DNA of 64,000 nucleotides from Escherichia coli (GTDB taxonomy: Bacteria > Pseudomonadota > Gammaproteobacteria > Enterobacterales > Enterobacteriaceae). The stretch lies in NCBI GenBank assembly GCA_902500205.1, contig GCA_902500205.1_4868.1; one strand, given 5' to 3'. Shown here piece after piece: positions 57,614-64,000 of this stretch. The translations under genes and the position numbers were made by a program. The notes beneath the pieces were generated by a model. It ran no database searches. It saw only the letters and a program-made list of their open reading frames with translations, and had not been told where the DNA came from. Every line of letters starts with the position of its first letter. Positions within the stretch are counted from its first letter, which is position 1.

Positions 57614-58465
57614 ATGTCGAAAGATGAAGGTAAGTTTTTGCGTAGTGCGTTGGAACGTCTACGTGTCGATGGTGCATCGGTGGATGCTTTGGCAGCTGCT
57701 TTTGGGTTTACGTTGCCCGCCTCGGTAGAAGCCACATATCCTGTTTTACGTCCCATCCTCCCACCAGAAGAAAAGGAAGCCTTTGTACGCTATTTACTGC
57801 GTATGGGTTACCAGAGTACCTTGGTGGACATCACGCCGTCTACAGACGGTCTGAATCACTTCAACATCTATTCGCAGGGGCGAACTGAGATAGGTCGGAT
57901 GGCGAGTAACTTCTATGCTCGCCCTGGTGAGTATTTTGTTACCCCCCACGGACCTTTCCGGACGCTCGAAGGTTATTATCATTACCTGCGTATTCTGGAT
58001 TACTTAATGCGTGAAATTGATAACCGCACTTTGGTGATGGAATTTGATATCATGCGACAGGCAGTGAACACCTGGCCTGATATTGAGAAGTTGCGTGCAC
58101 TAGATGGCACCGACTGTATCCGGCTAGGTCGTAATCTGAAAGCGGAAATCTACGGAGGAACCAGTTATAAGCCCGGTTCATTTACCCCGGTTACAGAAAG
58201 CCGCTTTATCCATGCGCTGGTAAATAAACTCTTTATACTGTCGGTCGACGGGACATCGTTAGGTAATGTATTTGCAGAGATTCTGCGAGCACGTATCCCG
58301 CTTAAGCATTATTACATGATGCAAGGGCGTAAGATATTCCCAGCACACTGGGACTGGCTACCAAATCTGATTGTGATGATAGCTGAACATATCGATCCTG
58401 AGGACAGTACGTTTGATCGAACCGAACTTTTGAAGAAACTAGGAATCGATGATGGGACTATTTGA
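57614..58465 (+). CDS. Hypothetical protein (283 aa)
   Basis: ORF track. Confidence 0.55.
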   Translation: MSKDEGKFLRSALERLRVDGASVDALAAAFGFTLPASVEATYPVLRPILPPEEKEAFVRYLLRMGYQSTLVDITPSTDGLNHFNIYSQGRTEIGRMASNFYARPGEYFVTPHGPFRTLEGYYHYLRILDYLMREIDNRTLVMEFDIMRQAVNTWPDIEKLRALDGTDCIRLGRNLKAEIYGGTSYKPGSFTPVTESRFIHALVNKLFILSVDGTSLGNVFAEILRARIPLKHYYMMQGRKIFPAHWDWLPNLIVMIAEHIDPEDSTFDRTELLKKLGIDDGTI

Positions 58466-59111
58466 TATTCTCAAAAACTTAGACGAGCAGCAGGAAAAAG
58501 AAGTCATTACTGTTGCGCGTGAGTCCATCTCTACGGAGAAGGAACGTGAGTATTGCATGTGGGTTAAACCCACTGAAGAAGGTTGGCAATGGCTGTTTGG
58601 TCAGACAGGTGAAACGTTCCTGGATGTCATCATGCCGGTCGTTAACGGCAAACGTCGTGTGCGGTTGTCCACCGATAAAACCGCAGTCTTAACGTTAAAA
58701 CGACAAGCATCTGATGGTCGTATCGAAGAGAACTCGGATATCGGGTTTGCCTCGGGTCTGACCTTCTACGAAGATGGCAATCTTGCACATCTCGTGCGTC
58801 GTATCAAACTCGAACCAGGTGAACTGGCAGAGCAAGGTGCGAAGCATTGGGATATCGACTTGTTCTTTAAACTGGCAGGTCACCCAGTTATCGAATCGCA
58901 GGCAGGTTTCGAAGACCTTGTCAACGAACTGCGTGACTCCACGACATTCGGTGAATGGGTAAAAGTCGAACTGGAAGTTGAGCGATTTGAGCTGACGTCT
59001 ATCAAGGACGTATTGCCGTTTGCAGTAGAAGACGCTATTCCAGGCAACCCGTCGGATGCGGAGTCCCAGTTAGTTATTTCGAACTACTGGGATAATGAAA
59101 CCCGCATCTGA
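58449..59111 (+). CDS. Hypothetical protein (220 aa)
   Basis: ORF track; overlaps the upstream gene end. Confidence 0.55.
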   Translation: MMGLFDILKNLDEQQEKEVITVARESISTEKEREYCMWVKPTEEGWQWLFGQTGETFLDVIMPVVNGKRRVRLSTDKTAVLTLKRQASDGRIEENSDIGFASGLTFYEDGNLAHLVRRIKLEPGELAEQGAKHWDIDLFFKLAGHPVIESQAGFEDLVNELRDSTTFGEWVKVELEVERFELTSIKDVLPFAVEDAIPGNPSDAESQLVISNYWDNETRI

Positions 59112-59115
59112 GTTG

Positions 59116-59153
59116 TACCCTCTCCTTCGGGGGAGGGTATCTTCATTTTTTAT
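59116..59153 (+). terminator. Rho-independent terminator
   Basis: Hairpin taccctctcc-ttcg-ggggagggta followed by a T-run. Confidence 0.7.
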
Positions 59154-59169
59154 CTTAAGGAGTATGTAA

Positions 59170-59532
59170 ATGCAAATCGGTTTTTTCTTTAATCGTCACG
59201 GAATCGTGTTTGTTTGTGGGGTTGCGGATAGCGACGGGAGACGTGTACGCACGTTAGAACTCGACGAAACATCTATGGTCGAGTGGAAAGAGAAACTTGC
59301 TCCCTTCGCAGAAGGTAAGTTTCAACTATTGCAACTCTACACGCAAGCTGCGTCGCCACGCGTGGCTTTCTCCCGACTTGGAGACGGCGAAGACACCACA
59401 CATCTGGTTATCTTCAGTGGGCAGCCTGGTCGTGTATTGTGCGAATTATTGATGGGATTCAACCCGCCTAGCAAGCCCAGGATGAATACGTACAATGTGC
59501 ACGACAGTAGTCAAATTCTTATTCTTCGATAA
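59170..59532 (+). CDS. Hypothetical protein (120 aa)
   Basis: ORF track; AAGGAG RBS. Confidence 0.5.
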   Translation: MQIGFFFNRHGIVFVCGVADSDGRRVRTLELDETSMVEWKEKLAPFAEGKFQLLQLYTQAASPRVAFSRLGDGEDTTHLVIFSGQPGRVLCELLMGFNPPSKPRMNTYNVHDSSQILILR

Positions 59533-59580
59533 TTTACGGCCACGGCTGTACGTATGTAAAAGACCTCAAGGAGAACTATA

Positions 59581-60000
59581 ATGAACAATATCGCGTTTGA
59601 AAAAGGCGTTGGCTTACTTCTGAACAACACCATCGTCGCTGGCACTAATAACGCTAACTGGGAAGCGTTAGCACAGCGTCTCAAAGACAAGCCTGTGAAG
59701 ATTGTGGTGACGAGCGAGTTACCGTTAAACGGCACAATGGCAAACTGTGGTCCAATGTTTGCGGCGTTTAACATCGACTATGATTGCGGCTCCGCTTTCT
59801 TACAAAACGCCGCGTTACGTAGCCGTCTGTACAGCTGGCGTTTGCTGGGTCCGGTAAGTAAAGCCGCAGGTCAAATGGTTAACCAGGGCACACCGATGTC
59901 GGGTGTAGAAGACCAGACTATCGCCGTTGTCGTTTCTCGCGCAACCGGCCAGCTTAACTTTGCAATCTGCTACGCGTATCAGGAGGAAGAGTATGCTTAG
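59581..60000 (+). CDS. Hypothetical protein (139 aa)
   Basis: ORF track; AAGGAG RBS. Confidence 0.55.
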   Translation: MNNIAFEKGVGLLLNNTIVAGTNNANWEALAQRLKDKPVKIVVTSELPLNGTMANCGPMFAAFNIDYDCGSAFLQNAALRSRLYSWRLLGPVSKAAGQMVNQGTPMSGVEDQTIAVVVSRATGQLNFAICYAYQEEEYA

Positions 60001-60853
60001 TATTATTCAGCAGACTCAGGCGGTTGATGATTGGTACCGGCAAGCGAAGATTTACCAATACGGGACACGCGAGCAGCAGCTAGCCAAGTTCTATCGCACA
60101 TTAGGCGACGTCGCTGAAGGTGTGCAGAAGATGGACAACTTGAAAGTGGCGGCGGCCATGGGTCGCTCTCTTTGGGCGTTCGTTGGTCTGTTGCACTTCG
60201 GCAAGCACACGAACGTGGGAGATTTCGTTATTCCACTGGATGCAGCTATAAAAGACCGCACCACGGGAAACACCAAAGAGTTCCGTCTTCATAACCTTTT
60301 TGTTGTTGCCACCGAAGTGGTTGGACTCATATTGCAAGATGAGCACGAGCCCCACAGCTACGTTACCGAGCTGCATAGTTTGGCGCGACAATACCGAATG
60401 TTGGCGCGTATCTGCGGCCTGGAATTCGGCCGTGTAATATACAACGGACATCGTGTGCTAATCAACACGAAAGGTGAAATGAACGGCATCGGGTTGTTTG
60501 TTCCCGCGTCTGATGATTTTACTGGCGATAAATTGCCTGGTTCTAGACAGATGTCTGGCCCAGCCATCTGTCTGATGTTCCAGACTGTCCTGGACAGTTG
60601 TGTCGCTACGCACCTTGCGCCCTATTGCCACCGGCCGTTTAAACGCGACGAGTTGCCGACAATCAATGCTGCACTCGCAACTACGTTAAACGAACTGCTG
60701 GACAAATATGTTCGTGACTCAGTGCGCTGGAATCGTATCCTGTTCGAACGTGTACCTGAAATAACCGCAGCCTACACAGATGGCGGTGTGAATGTGGTGA
60801 TGAATGATGATCTACTTTACTTATTTGAAAGCTTAAAGAGGGATAGTATCTAA
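59993..60853 (+). CDS. Hypothetical protein (about 286 aa)
   Basis: ORF track 59927..60853; start moved to ATG with AGGAGG RBS (MLSIIQQ). Confidence 0.55.
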   Translation: MLSIIQQTQAVDDWYRQAKIYQYGTREQQLAKFYRTLGDVAEGVQKMDNLKVAAAMGRSLWAFVGLLHFGKHTNVGDFVIPLDAAIKDRTTGNTKEFRLHNLFVVATEVVGLILQDEHEPHSYVTELHSLARQYRMLARICGLEFGRVIYNGHRVLINTKGEMNGIGLFVPASDDFTGDKLPGSRQMSGPAICLMFQTVLDSCVATHLAPYCHRPFKRDELPTINAALATTLNELLDKYVRDSVRWNRILFERVPEITAAYTDGGVNVVMNDDLLYLFESLKRDSI

Positions 60854-61890
60854 TGAAGCAATACCTTGAAACGATGCAGAATATTCTGGATGAAGGGCAT
60901 GTTAAAGGCGACCGTACTGGAACAGGGACGCTCTCCGTCTTTGGTCGCCAAATGCGTTTTGATTTGCGCAAAGGTTTCCCGCTAGTCACGACTAAGAAAC
61001 TCCACCTGCGTTCTATTATCCATGAACTGCTGTGGTTCCTTAGTGGGGATACCAACACCAAATATCTGGAAGATAACGGCGTTACCATTTGGCGGGAGTG
61101 GCAAGATGAAAATGGGAACCTTGGCCCCCTGTATGGGGAACAGTGGAGACGTTGGAAAGATGTGAAACTGGTGCCTAAGAAAAATGCAGCTTTACTCGAG
61201 AAACTGCAAGATGCTGGATACGTGGATTATGGCGACGCGGACGACGGTTCACAAATGTTCGATGCGCGTGTACTTCTGAAACTACACGACCAAATCTCTA
61301 AGGTGATTGACCAACTGCGTAACGATCCTGACAGTCGCCGTATTATTGTTAGCGCATGGAACGTGGGTGAGTTGGATCAAATGGCGTTAGCTCCGTGTCA
61401 TGCGTTCTTTCAGTTCTACACTCGTGAGCTGTCTATCGACGAGCGTCTTGATTGGTTTGAAAAGAACCTTCCAGATCAATTTAACGATTCCCGCTTTAGT
61501 AATGAAGCTGTTGCTGACGACGCAGTGTTCCACGTTGAGATGGACGCACTTGAAATACCTCGCCGCATTCTTTCATGTCAGCTGTATGCACGTTCCCAAG
61601 ACTTCTTCCTGGGAACACCGTTCAACATCGCGTCTTACGCATTACTCGTACACATGGTAGCTCAGCAAGTTAACATGGTTCCAGGCGATTTCGTTTGGAG
61701 TGGTGGTGACGTACATCTGTACTCCAACCATCTGGAACAGGCTAAATTGCAGCTGACGCGCGAACCTTTACCTTTACCGAAACTGGTCATCAAGCGTAAA
61801 CCGGATTCTATCTTCGATTATAAGTTCGAAGATTTCGAAATCGTCGGGTATCAGTCCCATGAAAAAATATCTGCGCCTGTCGCTATCTAA
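60853..61890 (+). CDS. thyA: Thymidylate synthase (ThyA-type), 345 aa, with two insertions
   Basis: Classic ThyA motifs: [18 protein letters not shown] (catalytic Cys), [25 protein letters not shown], and a C-terminus nearly identical to enterobacterial ThyA ([24 protein letters not shown]...APVAI); stop/start overlap with the upstream gene. Confidence 0.95.
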   Translation: MKQYLETMQNILDEGHVKGDRTGTGTLSVFGRQMRFDLRKGFPLVTTKKLHLRSIIHELLWFLSGDTNTKYLEDNGVTIWREWQDENGNLGPLYGEQWRRWKDVKLVPKKNAALLEKLQDAGYVDYGDADDGSQMFDARVLLKLHDQISKVIDQLRNDPDSRRIIVSAWNVGELDQMALAPCHAFFQFYTRELSIDERLDWFEKNLPDQFNDSRFSNEAVADDAVFHVEMDALEIPRRILSCQLYARSQDFFLGTPFNIASYALLVHMVAQQVNMVPGDFVWSGGDVHLYSNHLEQAKLQLTREPLPLPKLVIKRKPDSIFDYKFEDFEIVGYQSHEKISAPVAI

Positions 61891-61902
61891 TTAGGAGCGT
61901 TT

Positions 61903-62439
61903 ATGGTTGACAACGTCGTTCCATTCAAACCTAAAGTGGTGGTTGCTACGGACGAACCGCCGTTTATTCCTATCAATGGACAGAAGATCATCGAGTTTCC
62001 AGACGAGCATCGTGGGCAATTGCACGTTCCACAACCGGACGGGACGATGAAAGCTATCGGTTTCCCGATAGCTGAACAAGAATGGTGGACGCTTCTGGCT
62101 ATCCAGATGATGTCGCGTGGTCTGGGTGTGTCTACGGAACCTGTCGTTCGCATTAATACCGACCCGTATATCCACGAACAAGGCAGTTGGATGGAACGAC
62201 GTCGGACAATGGAGATGCAGATTAGCAAAGAAACGCTTTTGCAAATCGCAGAATCCACACCTTTCATCCTGACCTCATCTTTTAACGGGGATATGGATGA
62301 AGACCTCTACATGCACCTTTCAGGCTTAGCAGCTGAACACCGCATTGCAGAAGAAGAGCCTATCTATACCGAAGCGATGATTATCCATCCGACTGGCTTA
62401 GAAGGTGATACCTTTAAACTGATTTGGGTGGAGCTATGA
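61903..62439 (+). CDS. Hypothetical protein (178 aa)
   Basis: ORF track. Confidence 0.55.
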   Translation: MVDNVVPFKPKVVVATDEPPFIPINGQKIIEFPDEHRGQLHVPQPDGTMKAIGFPIAEQEWWTLLAIQMMSRGLGVSTEPVVRINTDPYIHEQGSWMERRRTMEMQISKETLLQIAESTPFILTSSFNGDMDEDLYMHLSGLAAEHRIAEEEPIYTEAMIIHPTGLEGDTFKLIWVEL

Positions 62440-62687
62440 CTGACCGACTCAGTAAAACAATTCGACTACCACAACAGCGTAATGTTCGCAAAGGCGATGT
62501 TTTCACGGCGGAAGAATGGGTTGCATTAAAGGCCCTGTTCCCGGACGAAACCGATTCACATGTCGTCCAAATGGCATTGAAAGAGTTTGCAAAGAACGCT
62601 CCTGAAATGCTGCTGCGTAAGAAAGAAGAAGAACTGAATATGCTCCGTAACAGCGTAGACGTTCTCTTTAAAACAATGGAGAAATAA
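62436..62687 (+). CDS. Hypothetical protein (about 83 aa)
   Basis: ORF track 62424..62687; start moved to ATG overlapping the upstream stop (MTDRLSK). Confidence 0.5.
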   Translation: MTDRLSKTIRLPQQRNVRKGDVFTAEEWVALKALFPDETDSHVVQMALKEFAKNAPEMLLRKKEEELNMLRNSVDVLFKTMEK

Positions 62688-62688
62688 G

Positions 62689-63456
62689 ATGATGAAACTC
62701 TTTGCGTTCTCCGATGAATTCTACACAGTGGAATTTGACGACTACGAATACGGGTTATTAGGGGCCGTCGACATGGAGGACGCTAAACGGCAGCTTCCCA
62801 CTAGCGAAATAGAAATCATTGAGATTGGGGAAACTAATCTTAGTGGTATTTTGATGCTGGGGCGGCGACCACGACCTGCGGAACCTGAGCAGGAAAGAGA
62901 GCAAGCGCAAGCGATTTGTCTGGTTTATGAGCCGATAGACCCTGCAGCGATAGCGAAGGTGGTCGATACACTACGGCCGCAGATTGGCGTCGCGATTGAA
63001 AATTATCGCTGGGCTCGTTTCTCAGGCGACACGCCGATATTTTCGAATAAGCACTGGTTGTTATGTATCAACGACGACACGATAATGGTACCGTTAACAG
63101 GGGAGAAGAATTTTGAAGATAACTTCGTCCCTGGCGAAGAGTCTGTTATCTTCGAGTATAGCCATGTCATCGGAAAGCCGAGCTTCTACCAAGTTCTGAT
63201 TGATGTCTTGACTCACGTCGGTCGAACCATCGAATACCACTACTGGGCACGCCAGGCGCGTTCTAAATGGTTCTCGTTGACGTACGTCGAAGGTTGGGAA
63301 CGTGTTGTTGAAAAGATTGACGGGCGCTATGAGCAGATTTGGTTCCTGAATCCGGCATTCCGTGAAGAATTACCCGCATGGGTAAAAGAAGAGGCGAGCA
63401 AGCTGACGGTTGGCTTTACTAAGCAGGGCGCGCCGTATATGGTTAACTACAAATAA
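62689..63456 (+). CDS. Hypothetical protein (255 aa)
   Basis: ORF track. Confidence 0.55.
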   Translation: MMKLFAFSDEFYTVEFDDYEYGLLGAVDMEDAKRQLPTSEIEIIEIGETNLSGILMLGRRPRPAEPEQEREQAQAICLVYEPIDPAAIAKVVDTLRPQIGVAIENYRWARFSGDTPIFSNKHWLLCINDDTIMVPLTGEKNFEDNFVPGEESVIFEYSHVIGKPSFYQVLIDVLTHVGRTIEYHYWARQARSKWFSLTYVEGWERVVEKIDGRYEQIWFLNPAFREELPAWVKEEASKLTVGFTKQGAPYMVNYK

Positions 63457-63467
63457 GGTGAAAACAG

Positions 63468-63947
63468 ATGTCTATAACTCGGATCGATTATCGTGCCGTG
63501 GTAAAAGAACTGTCCAAAGGTCTTATCGAACTGGACTCCGATGAAGCCCGCAGCTGTGGCTTCCTGCCACACATTGCACTGAGTGAGTTCCGTACCATCC
63601 GTTACGGTGCCGGTCGTCAGAAGGGCGTTACAACACACGCCGTTGATATGTCAGCAAAGTTCCACGGCAGCGTTCTGTATCTGGTCCACAACGAAGCGTT
63701 ACGAAACGAAGTAGTGGAGAAGTTCCATGAAAAGGCTGCCGGGATCGGATGGCTGACCGTGCACTGTAACTACTTGCCCGAGGGTTGGAAACGCGCGACG
63801 GGTGCTGGTATATCCGGCTACGAGAAATTCGGCTTGGTTATTGTCGATGAAGCGGGTTTCTTCTTCAACAAGTTCAGTTACGATAAAATCTATCGCAGTC
63901 TGGTCGACGTAGTAACGCCAGACGTTGTGATACACCTGATTAATTAA
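63468..63947 (+). CDS. Small P-loop NTPase-like protein (159 aa), tentative
   Basis: Walker-B-like GLVIVDEAGFF and a possible degenerate Walker A (YGAGRQKGVTT). Confidence 0.45.
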   Translation: MSITRIDYRAVVKELSKGLIELDSDEARSCGFLPHIALSEFRTIRYGAGRQKGVTTHAVDMSAKFHGSVLYLVHNEALRNEVVEKFHEKAAGIGWLTVHCNYLPEGWKRATGAGISGYEKFGLVIVDEAGFFFNKFSYDKIYRSLVDVVTPDVVIHLIN

Positions 63948-63959
63948 GTAGAGGAAAAT

Positions 63960-64000
63960 ATGGCTGGAGAACTCGGTCGTGGGCAAGCCACAACGTTCAT
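63960..64000 (+). CDS. Start of a further plus-strand gene, truncated by the window end
   Basis: ATG with GAGGAAAAT RBS; reading frame open to the window end (MAGELGRGQATTF). Confidence 0.35.
   Translation, partial: MAGELGRGQATTF

Noticed and set aside
60853-61890. Possibility that the extra length of thyA reflects a group I intron, as in T4 td
   Set aside because: The reading frame is continuous through both extra segments with no stop codon, and the flanking ThyA motifs remain in one frame, so these are protein insertions.
1-64000. tRNA genes, rRNA genes, integrase, transposase or IS elements
   Set aside because: No tRNA-like T-loop/acceptor sequence was found in the intergenic regions examined by eye, and no ORF shows integrase or transposase motifs; this was not a computational scan.

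Overview
The window reads as a densely packed segment of a tailed dsDNA bacteriophage (or prophage) genome, with short or overlapping gene junctions, GGAG/AGGAG ribosome-binding sites and many GC-rich hairpin plus T-run terminators. It has two blocks. (1) A long minus-strand structural operon (about 20946 down to 1122) encodes four tail-fibre-like proteins that share an N-terminal module and T4-fibre-like HxH and G-x-A-x-x-A-T motifs, and then runs straight into an unexpected cluster: three tandem paralogous small ORFs whose C-terminal halves are almost pure C-x3-C repeats in a Ser/Gly/Thr background, two radical SAM enzymes (one with a SPASM-type C-terminal Cys cluster) and three unknown proteins. 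I read this as a candidate phage-encoded peptide-modification (sactipeptide/ranthipeptide-like RiPP or crosslinked structural peptide) system and it is the main finding. (2) A plus-strand block (21014 to the window end) holds mostly small hypothetical early-type genes separated by intrinsic terminators. Recognisable products are an SbcC/Rad50-like ATPase, a DEDDh-type exonuclease, an RNase HI-domain protein with a long C-terminal extension, a thymidylate synthase close to enterobacterial ThyA but with two insertions, an SLT-type lytic transglycosylase, a macro-domain-like protein, a tandem array of paralogous secreted/lipoproteins and a possible spanin pair. A roughly 20-bp motif (consensus about CAGAyAGATATTATCTA) recurs six times in plus-strand intergenic regions. 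No rRNA, tRNA, CRISPR array, integrase or transposase was recognised. All calls are from reading the sequence and ORF track by eye; no database search was run, and start codons and hairpin coordinates are approximate to a few bases.
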